Assembly: GCA_963713925.1 (NCBI GenBank)
Contig: OY970212.1
Location: 1,120,001 to 1,184,000 of the forward strand
Direction of reading: 5' to 3'
Length of the DNA: 64,000 nucleotides
From: an uncultured bacterium
GTDB lineage: Bacteria > Babelota > Babeliae > Babelales > Vermiphilaceae
Part shown: positions 1 through 7,227 of the stretch, in pieces
Layout of the letters: each line of letters opens with the position of its first letter
How positions within the stretch are numbered: the first letter of the stretch is position 1
Position numbers and translations under genes: made by a program
Notes under the pieces: model-generated
The model's database searches: none
The model's input: only the letters and a program-made list of their open reading frames with translations
Told to the model about the DNA's origin: nothing

Positions 1-387
1 AATTTTGGAAGTAATAACTTTTCACCGGTAGGGACAACCGTCAGCGTTGTTAACTTAAAAACCAATACCGTGATTGCAACTATTCAAGTTGGCACTCAGC
101 CATCAGGAATTGCCATCACTCCAAATGGTTGTTTTGCGTATGTTACCAATTACAATACATTGTACCTCGGACCTAACTTTACCAATCTAACGGCGGGCGT
201 AGGAACAGTCTATGTTATTGATATTGCAACCAACAAATTATTGTGTCCTGTCATAGTAACCGGCTCATCACCTGCTAATATTGCAATATCCCCGAATGGT
301 TGCTTTGCATATGTTACTAATTATACGTCTCACACGGTAAGCGTCATTAATATTTTTGATAGAATGTGGATTGGCACTCGAAACTAA
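1..387 (+). CDS. YVTN/YncE-family beta-propeller repeat protein (5'-truncated by window edge)
   Basis: Frame open from base 1; repeated PxGIAITPNGxxAYVTN...VSVI motifs. Confidence 0.85.
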   Translation, partial: NFGSNNFSPVGTTVSVVNLKTNTVIATIQVGTQPSGIAITPNGCFAYVTNYNTLYLGPNFTNLTAGVGTVYVIDIATNKLLCPVIVTGSSPANIAISPNGCFAYVTNYTSHTVSVINIFDRMWIGTRN

Positions 388-398
388 AAAGAGCTCTT

Positions 399-980
399 AT
401 GAAAAAAATAATATTTCCTTTTTTGTGCATTTTCTCATCATTATTACCCATAAGCCTCTCTGGATCTACCGAACAACAAGGCTCCTGTTTTTCAACTGCT
501 TTTTCTGCCGGATATGTTTTTAAACATAATGATTGCATATTTAAAGAAGTCTACGGGCATGGAATAGTAAATGTCATCACTGCAGACGGTTGCTACTATC
601 CTTGCGAGCAATGGGGCATAGGCGCAAAGATAAGCTATTGGCGCGCTCATGGACGAACAACGTTTTTAAAGAAATGCTCTCTGCTGCAAGAAGTGCCACT
701 TACTTTTTACCTACGCAGGATGAAAGATTTTAGATGCGGTTTGCAGCTCTATGCTTCATTGGGCGGTGGGATCATTTGGATTAAAGAGAAAAGCTATCTT
801 GGTGATTTGCATCTTCACAAAGGTATTGGCGAAGCTGAAATAGGTATGAATTATCCGATATGGCGCTGCGTGAATATTACAAGCGCATTTCGCTATCTTT
901 TTCCACGGCAATCACACTGCGGTACAAAAATGGATGTCGGCGGATTTGATCTGAGAGCCGGTATCGGATTTCAATTCTAG
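399..980 (+). CDS. Small outer-membrane beta-barrel protein, Cys-rich
   Basis: Signal peptide MKKIIFPFLCIF, alternating beta-strand pattern (LYASLGGG, FDLRAGIGFQF), C-terminal Phe. Confidence 0.65.
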   Translation: MKKIIFPFLCIFSSLLPISLSGSTEQQGSCFSTAFSAGYVFKHNDCIFKEVYGHGIVNVITADGCYYPCEQWGIGAKISYWRAHGRTTFLKKCSLLQEVPLTFYLRRMKDFRCGLQLYASLGGGIIWIKEKSYLGDLHLHKGIGEAEIGMNYPIWRCVNITSAFRYLFPRQSHCGTKMDVGGFDLRAGIGFQF

Positions 981-1001
981 GCTATAAAACTTGTAAATTT
1001 T

Positions 1002-1038
1002 GAAGGCCCGAGATTTCTCTCGAGCCTTCGCTCTTTTA
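1002..1038 (+). terminator. Putative intrinsic terminator
   Basis: GAAGGCCCGAGA-TTTC-TCTCGAGCCTTC hairpin followed by T-rich tract after the stop codon. Confidence 0.55.
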
Positions 1039-1095
1039 TAGAAGTTTATTTTTTTTGGAGTTTATCAGAAAATCTCGGAAGTTCCTTATTGCTAC

Positions 1096-1209
1096 GTCAT
1101 CCTGAATTTATTTCAGGATCTACTTAACCTGGATCCAGCCTTCGCTTATCCAGGCTTTCAGGCTTGGTAAGCTACGGCGGACAAGTTGCTGAAACAAGTT
1201 CAGCGCGAC
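1096..1209 (+). repeat. Palindromic repeat family D (RPE-like double hairpin), interrupted by a family A copy at about 1135-1185
   Basis: GTCATCCTGAATTTATTTCAGGATC...TGCTGAAACAAGTTCAGCGCGAC; uninterrupted reverse-complement copy at 34369-34429. Confidence 0.8.
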
Positions 1210-1260
1210 AACCAACCCTTGTATGTTAAAAATTGATTCAAATTTTGATAGATAATGTAT

Positions 1261-1444
1261 TAATTTGTGATCGGTATATTGTTTCACAAATTAGTTGCTC
1301 GGGAAAAGCTGATAGAGCTCGCGCCAACCCTAATCGTAATCGATTGCTAAAAAGTTTGAGACTATCAGCTTATACGAAATTACCTCGAACAATTACTAGA
1401 GGCGTATTAATACGACCTCGAATGTTTACAAGGATGAGGTATTT
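1261..1444 (+). ncRNA. IS110 bridge RNA (5' stem-loop + target-binding loop + donor-binding loop); exact 5' end unknown
   Basis: Stems 1261-1270/1284-1293, 1306-1315/1362-1371 and 1381-1386/1436-1441, with internal loops matching target and donor sequences. Confidence 0.85.
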
Positions 1445-2386
1445 ATGATTACCCTACCAGAAGTATTTATCGGCGTCGATATTTCAAAGAACAATTTGGA
1501 CATTTTTATTCATCCGTTGAAGCAATGGGTTAAAATACCCAATACAGAAAGCGGAATAAAAAAGTTTGTGAAGCAATTATCCAATTACAGTATTAAGCAA
1601 ATTGCATGTGAGGCAACCGGTGGTTACGAAAAATTGCTTACTCGGGTATTACAGGAACATTCCTATAGTTGTTGGATAGTTGATCCACGGAGGATAAAGG
1701 GTTTTATAATCGCAACTGGTTGCAAAAGCAAAACAGACAAAATAGATGCACAAAAAATTGCTGAATTTGCATCGAAGAATTCTCAAGATTATGAGCCAGT
1801 CAGCAGAACTCATAACCAAGAAACATTGCTATCTTTGGTTAATCGAAAGCAGGATTTGACCAAATTTTTGGCAACTGAAAAAACTCGACTTAAACACCCC
1901 TCGCATGCACTCGGTGTTTCAAGTATCGAAAGAATGATCCTCTTTTTAAATAAAGAAATCAAGGCTTTGGATGAACAAATTGAAGAATTGATTGATCAAG
2001 ATGCGGTACTGCAGAAACGGACAGAGCTTTTGGAATCAATCCCGGGAATCGGTAAATCTTCGGCCGCGATATTGATTTCGTTTGTGCCTGAACTTGGATC
2101 TGTAAGCAATAATGAAATAGCAGCCCTTGTCGGAGTTTGTCCTTACGATCGAGAAAGTGGCAACTATACAGGCAAACGGTTCATTCAAGGCGGTAGGATT
2201 ATTCCTCGAAATGCATTATATATGTGTGCTATAACGACTATTAAGTATTATGCTCCTTTAAAATCCTTTTATGATCGACTAATAGCAAACAAAAAAAGCT
2301 TTAAAGTAGCTATTGTTGCAGTAATGCGAAAGCTGATCATCATTGCAAATGTTATCTTGAAAAAGGGCGAAGTATGTAGTGCTTAA
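1445..2386 (+). CDS. IS110-family DEDD recombinase/transposase
   Basis: FIGVDISK, CEATGGY, KTDKIDA (DEDD); SIPGIG; C-terminal GVCPYDRESG catalytic-Ser motif; AVMRKL. Confidence 0.97.
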   Translation: MITLPEVFIGVDISKNNLDIFIHPLKQWVKIPNTESGIKKFVKQLSNYSIKQIACEATGGYEKLLTRVLQEHSYSCWIVDPRRIKGFIIATGCKSKTDKIDAQKIAEFASKNSQDYEPVSRTHNQETLLSLVNRKQDLTKFLATEKTRLKHPSHALGVSSIERMILFLNKEIKALDEQIEELIDQDAVLQKRTELLESIPGIGKSSAAILISFVPELGSVSNNEIAALVGVCPYDRESGNYTGKRFIQGGRIIPRNALYMCAITTIKYYAPLKSFYDRLIANKKSFKVAIVAVMRKLIIIANVILKKGEVCSA

Positions 2387-2447
2387 AAATTAATTGACTT
2401 TTAACACAATTACTTTTTAGTTAGAAAACTTAATTTTCGTACAAGCA

Positions 2448-3281
2448 CTAAAACCGAATAACCGCCGTCATACGATTGAGTTCATCTTGGTATTCTTGGA
2501 GCAGTGTTTTATATTTTTTCTCACGAAGCGCCATCTCAATTTCATCATGTCGCTCTTCAAGCGGCACGGGGCGACGCGGCAAAAGACTCACCGATTTAAA
2601 GAGTTCAAAGAAATCGCCGTGCTTAACAATCTTTATTTGCCCAGGTTTAAGCTTGCAAATAAATTGCTTATCTTCGGCTACTTCCGATTCCTTAATCCAG
2701 AATGGATCAGACCACGAGATAGTCACCGTCTGATCGGTTATTTTCTTCTGCAACTCTTTTACTGTCTTTGCTACATCAAAGCCGGTTGCAGCTCTTTTGA
2801 CCTCATAGGAAGGCTCAAGATATTGTGGGTTTTCATTCCAGTAGATTTCCATTTCACGTTTTGAGACCGTCAAACGGCTCATAATGCGAAACCCAGTGAC
2901 CTGGTTAACCCCAGTCATAACCTTAAACTGATCTTTACCTTCTTCTAAAGTATAGCCACCGGAAGTAAATATTGATTCCAACTCTTTATCACTTAAGTTA
3001 TTTTCTCGTTTAATTTCTTTCAATTGGCGCTCAACAGCATCTTCATCGACCATTTTAAACTTTTCGGCATCCATAAACATCTGACATTCCCGGGTGCGAT
3101 TCTCCAGGGAATGCATCCGGCCATCAATGCCCGGGCGATTGACATCTGATTTGGTTATAACGTCAGTTCTTTCAGGCCCAACGACTACGGCACTAATTGA
3201 ATCGAGCTCAACTGCCCCCTGCGGGAGGGCACATATTCTCAAGGCAGTTGCTAGAATAAGAAAGAGACAGCGTATGTTCAT
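2448..3281 (-). CDS. SurA-like periplasmic chaperone/foldase
   Basis: Signal peptide, LDSISAVV...VITKSDV SurA N-domain pattern, degenerate parvulin region. Confidence 0.7.
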   Translation of the reverse strand: MNIRCLFLILATALRICALPQGAVELDSISAVVVGPERTDVITKSDVNRPGIDGRMHSLENRTRECQMFMDAEKFKMVDEDAVERQLKEIKRENNLSDKELESIFTSGGYTLEEGKDQFKVMTGVNQVTGFRIMSRLTVSKREMEIYWNENPQYLEPSYEVKRAATGFDVAKTVKELQKKITDQTVTISWSDPFWIKESEVAEDKQFICKLKPGQIKIVKHGDFFELFKSVSLLPRRPVPLEERHDEIEMALREKKYKTLLQEYQDELNRMTAVIRF

Positions 3282-3295
3282 AATGAATCCTTTTA

Positions 3296-3336
3296 AAACT
3301 AAGAGTAGGATCAGGGTATGATCCTACTCTTAGTTT
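3296..3336. terminator. Perfect 18-bp hairpin between the two foldase genes (terminator or mRNA stabiliser)
   Basis: AAACTAAGAGTAGGATCA-GGGTA-TGATCCTACTCTTAGTTT. Confidence 0.6.
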
Positions 3337-3363
3337 ATATATCTTATGGCAACGCGTCTATGC

Positions 3364-4449
3364 TTATACGGCGCGCGCGGCAGCGGCTTTCTCAGGAGCT
3401 GCGGTTTGCTGTTCCATCATAATCGCTTCTTTGAGCTGTTCAATGGCATCAGCAGACTTTCTCCCTGCTTGATCTTGGAAATAGGTATCCTTGATCTCGA
3501 TTTTAAGTTCTTTTTTGTAATCTTCAATGGCTTTTTGAGCAGCACCTTGCTCTTTTTCTTGCTTCACGTAAGGCGCCAATTGCTCTTTGACTTCCTCAAA
3601 TGGAGCATATTTGGCTTCTTCCTTTGAAATAGCATTGATAATCCACACGGTACCATCAGAAGCTTTCATCACTGCAATCTTTGGAAAAGTAGTGATTTCC
3701 ATCAATTTTCCACGAATAGCTGCATCGACGGCAGGGCTGGCAGCATTAACGAGTTTGAAATCTTTGAATGATTTGCCAAGGTTTGATTCTTGAGCAATCT
3801 TTTCAAACTCACTATTTTTGCCTTTCACTTTTTCAGCAAATGCTCGTGCGTCAGTTTCGTTTGCAAATGAAACACCTTGAGCTTTCACGCCACCACGAGA
3901 AACAACAAGGCCCGGAATTTGATTTTTATGTTCCTCATAGAAGGCTCTCACATCAGCATCGCTTACATGAACATTCAATCCTTTTTGGAACAGTTCAATG
4001 TTTGCCATCTGAGTTGCATTTTTAATTAAATCAGCAAGTCGTGCTTTGTATTCAGGCGTTTTATCCAAACCTTTTCCATACACATGTGCACTAATAATGG
4101 CCGGCGTGACAAGCGCTTGAATAAGTTGTTTTTTGACATCGGCTTCGATCCCCGGATTCATCGCCAAAAGTTCACTCAATTGCGGATCTTTTAACGCTTC
4201 TTGGAATTGCTTTTCAACCATTGCAACAGTAACCAAAGGCTTTCCGTTAATAGTTGCAATGACATCAGACTTGTCTGATGCATCAGGATATTCAATACCA
4301 CTCGGAGCTGTTGGCTCGGATTTTACTGGTGCTGCGGTTGATTTTTTTGCCTCAGTCGTTTTTGATACATTAAACCAATCGCATCCAGGGAAAAGTATGG
4401 TAAGCGAAAGTAAAATGCCTACATTCAAATAATTTGTATGTTGTTTCAT
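3364..4449 (-). CDS. PpiC/PrsA-type peptidyl-prolyl isomerase/foldase lipoprotein
   Basis: Lipobox LFPGC, VIATINGKP, VSDADVRAFYEEH, FEKIAQE, PFEEVKEQL. Confidence 0.8.
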   Translation of the reverse strand: MKQHTNYLNVGILLSLTILFPGCDWFNVSKTTEAKKSTAAPVKSEPTAPSGIEYPDASDKSDVIATINGKPLVTVAMVEKQFQEALKDPQLSELLAMNPGIEADVKKQLIQALVTPAIISAHVYGKGLDKTPEYKARLADLIKNATQMANIELFQKGLNVHVSDADVRAFYEEHKNQIPGLVVSRGGVKAQGVSFANETDARAFAEKVKGKNSEFEKIAQESNLGKSFKDFKLVNAASPAVDAAIRGKLMEITTFPKIAVMKASDGTVWIINAISKEEAKYAPFEEVKEQLAPYVKQEKEQGAAQKAIEDYKKELKIEIKDTYFQDQAGRKSADAIEQLKEAIMMEQQTAAPEKAAAARAV

Positions 4450-4620
4450 ACACGTCCTTTTGTTATAATACCGTTGATTTTTGAAAATTGATTTAATGCT
4501 AGCATGAATCAATCGAGTGCTCAAGAATCAACCCTACTTTGCCAAAGGCTTTATCCCAAATTTTATTGGGACTCAGGCTTCGTAGGGCAGGCCCCCACAA
4601 ATCAGGAAAAGGAATCCATC

Positions 4621-5667
4621 TTGAAAAATGCAATCCGATTTATTTCAATTTTCAGTTCTTTTTGCTCATTTACATTGTTTTCGGCAGATATACCGAATAA
4701 CGATAATTCAATTGGTGGAATGGTAGGGAATGTCGTTAAAGTAGCTCTCAACAAAGCAACCAGAAAGATTTACAAAACACTCGATCCAAACTTAATCATA
4801 GATGACACTGCCACAACAAGAGGCGTCATTGAAAAGGGGTATCAAATTGTTGATAATCTGTCCGTAAGCAAGAAAGCAACTATTACTGCAAGCGATTTTG
4901 AAACATTTAAGCAAATTGGTGAAAGAGCAGATGCAATGGCATTAAGCACTCATCAAGCAGTGACTGCTACTGGAGGATTGCAAAAATTAAACAGCTTTTT
5001 ATTGTATCCCAACGACGAAGTTCTTGTTCCTATCATTCGTGAGATCATCGAAGCGTATGTAAAGCAAGCAAAAGCGATCAGTGAAGATTGTCTACTACAA
5101 CCACTCGCACAACAGCCATCGCCGAGAAAAGAAGAAAAGCAATTAACACCAGACAATGATAATTCAATTTCCGGGATGTTATGGGACATAGGAAAAGCAA
5201 CAATCAATAAAGCGAGTAGAAAGATTTCAAAAACACTCGATCCAAACTTAATCATAGATGACAAAGTTACAACAAAAGGTGTCATTGAAAAAGCAAAGCA
5301 AATTATTGTTAGTCTTTCTTCGAGCAAAAAAGCAACCGTTACTGCAAGCGATTTTGAAACATTTAAGCAAATTGGTGAAAGAGCTTACACAATCGCGTTG
5401 GGCTCACATCAAGCTATGGGCACTCCGGGGGGCTTGCGGAAATTGAACGAATTTCTAGCACCTCCCAATGATGCGCTTATCCCTCCTATCATTTATAAGA
5501 CCATCGAAGCATATGTAAAGCAAGCAAAGGCAATCAGTGAAGACTGTTTACCAAAACCACAACCGACTGTGAATTCCACATCAACACTGAAACCGGCGGC
5601 CACAAACCCTTTGTTTGAATCACCACCGACGTCTCCACGGCAACAACAAAAACCGGCGAAAAAGTAG
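4621..5667 (+). CDS. Secreted hypothetical protein with an internally duplicated domain of about 135 aa
   Basis: TTG start after AAGGA; signal peptide; two copies of NDNSIxGM...KTLDPNLIIDD...AYVKQAKAISEDCL. Confidence 0.75.
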   Translation: MKNAIRFISIFSSFCSFTLFSADIPNNDNSIGGMVGNVVKVALNKATRKIYKTLDPNLIIDDTATTRGVIEKGYQIVDNLSVSKKATITASDFETFKQIGERADAMALSTHQAVTATGGLQKLNSFLLYPNDEVLVPIIREIIEAYVKQAKAISEDCLLQPLAQQPSPRKEEKQLTPDNDNSISGMLWDIGKATINKASRKISKTLDPNLIIDDKVTTKGVIEKAKQIIVSLSSSKKATVTASDFETFKQIGERAYTIALGSHQAMGTPGGLRKLNEFLAPPNDALIPPIIYKTIEAYVKQAKAISEDCLPKPQPTVNSTSTLKPAATNPLFESPPTSPRQQQKPAKK

Positions 5668-5713
5668 GTCAAAATCAAGACGAACCTACATAATCTTTTG
5701 AAAAGTTCTTTAA

Positions 5714-6409
5714 CTATACTGCCCGCGCACCGACAACCGCAATAATCAGCGCGGGCTTTGCTTTTCGTAATTCTTGAATCATGGCTTTGAGCGTTGATCC
5801 GCTCGTGAGCACGTCATCGACAAGCAAGATTGCTTTTCCTTCAATCATCGAACTGTTTTTTTTCAGCGTAAACGCATTTTTGACGTTTTGCAGTTTTTGA
5901 TCAAAGGAAAGCAGCGATTGGAATTGAGTCTTTTTATTTCGTTTGATGATGTTTAAAACAGGTTTATCGAATCTGCGTGAAATTACAGCAGCCATTTCTT
6001 CTGCTTGATTGTATCCACGTTGCGCATACCGCGTCCAATGGAGCGGAACGGGAATGATATAATCAAATGATTGTGTCTCAACCCCCGATTGTTTCACTAC
6101 AATTTCACCCAAAACGCGCGCGGCAAATACATCTTTATTCTTAGTTGCTAAGACCAAATCACGCAAAGGGCCTTCATATGAGCCGGCAGCCCACACACGA
6201 ATCTCATAGTTTTGCGTGATTGAAAGCGATTTGCTCACGACCGGAGTTATACGAGCTAGGCAGTCAGCGCAGAGGCGTCTATACAGATCAATTAATCGAC
6301 GGCAACTCACACATCGTGGCTGAGTGATATGCCAGACTAAGACGCGTGCAAAAGCATGTACCCCGCGTATAACATGAGAGAAATTGCTATATATGTAAAA
6401 GTTTTGCAT
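5714..6409 (-). CDS. comF: ComF-family double zinc ribbon/phosphoribosyltransferase protein
   Basis: CxxC...CxxC, IPVPLH...RGYNQA, LLVDDVLTSGST. Confidence 0.9.
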   Translation of the reverse strand: MQNFYIYSNFSHVIRGVHAFARVLVWHITQPRCVSCRRLIDLYRRLCADCLARITPVVSKSLSITQNYEIRVWAAGSYEGPLRDLVLATKNKDVFAARVLGEIVVKQSGVETQSFDYIIPVPLHWTRYAQRGYNQAEEMAAVISRRFDKPVLNIIKRNKKTQFQSLLSFDQKLQNVKNAFTLKKNSSMIEGKAILLVDDVLTSGSTLKAMIQELRKAKPALIIAVVGARAV

Positions 6410-6421
6410 ATCTATTTTCTT

Positions 6422-6711
6422 GTTCGTATGGTTCGACTCCGTTACACTCCGCTCACCACGAACGGAGAACTGTCCTATGCTCCAATTAGTCTTTTATTTT
6501 TTCGCGTTCGCGGGGCCCCCGATCGTAACGTCAGTGTAGATTGGGGTTGTCATGGTGAGTATAGCGCAATTTTGGGGTCCCCGATGAAGGGTCCCATGCG
6601 TAAGCGCAACGTAAGCATGGGTAAATGGAGCGTAAGCGAAATGGGGCCCCATACGAAGTTTGCGAAGTATGGGTAAAAATTGGGGCAATAGCGAAATCGA
6701 ACCATACGAAC
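6422..6711. repeat. Mosaic of nested palindromic repeats (families C and B)
   Basis: Family C at 6422-6465; family B at 6512-6547, 6574-6686, 6589-6622 and 6643-6674; split reverse family C at 6551-6569 and 6690-6711. Confidence 0.75.
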
Positions 6712-6750
6712 TTCCAAAATTTTTTACACTTTCAAAAAACTCAACAGAAC

Positions 6751-7227
6751 CTAGTTGTACTTAAAAAATTCACTCTCAGATAAAAAAAGAGTTGTGACGC
6801 CCAAAACAATGGCCACATCGGCAATATTAAACGTTGGAAACTGCCAACCGTAGGCAGAGACAACAATGAAATCAACAACGCCGGGATATACAATTCGATC
6901 CCACACATTAGAAAGTGCTCCGACAATGATTGCCACATGTGGCACGATTGATTTGTTACGTTTGAACGTGTCATAGGTGTAGCGGGCAAACAAAAAGAGC
7001 ATTGCACAAATCACGCCAATAAGCACGGCTTGCATCATCGGGTGTTCAGAATGCAGCATGCCCCAGGAGATGCCTCTGTTGAATGCTAGCTCAAAAGAAA
7101 TGGGCTCAAAAAAGGCTTGCTCGACTAATGCGTGTTTGATGGCCCAAAGCTTAGTAAATCGATCAGCGCAGACGATCCCGATCGCTAGAAAAAATGGCGC
7201 AATCAACCTATCGAATCTGAATTTCAT
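6751..7227 (-). CDS. lspA: Lipoprotein signal peptidase II
   Basis: NRGISWG, GALSNVWDR, VVDFI, FNIAD motifs. Confidence 0.95.
   Translation of the reverse strand: MKFRFDRLIAPFFLAIGIVCADRFTKLWAIKHALVEQAFFEPISFELAFNRGISWGMLHSEHPMMQAVLIGVICAMLFLFARYTYDTFKRNKSIVPHVAIIVGALSNVWDRIVYPGVVDFIVVSAYGWQFPTFNIADVAIVLGVTTLFLSESEFFKYN

Larger units (their letters stand above)
1218..2414 (+). mobile_element. IS110-family insertion sequence, complete, bounded by CT core dinucleotides (1218-1219 and 2413-2414)
   Basis: IS110 recombinase gene, about 225 bp non-coding left end and short right end; boundaries predicted independently by guide matches in the left end. Confidence 0.9.

Noticed and set aside
1233..1448. 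71-aa ORF upstream of the IS110 recombinase
   Set aside because: No recognisable protein features or RBS; the region is fully explained by the structured bridge RNA.
6356..6688. ORFs 6356-6676 (+) and 6494-6688 (-)
   Set aside because: They run through the nested repeat mosaic; most likely spurious.
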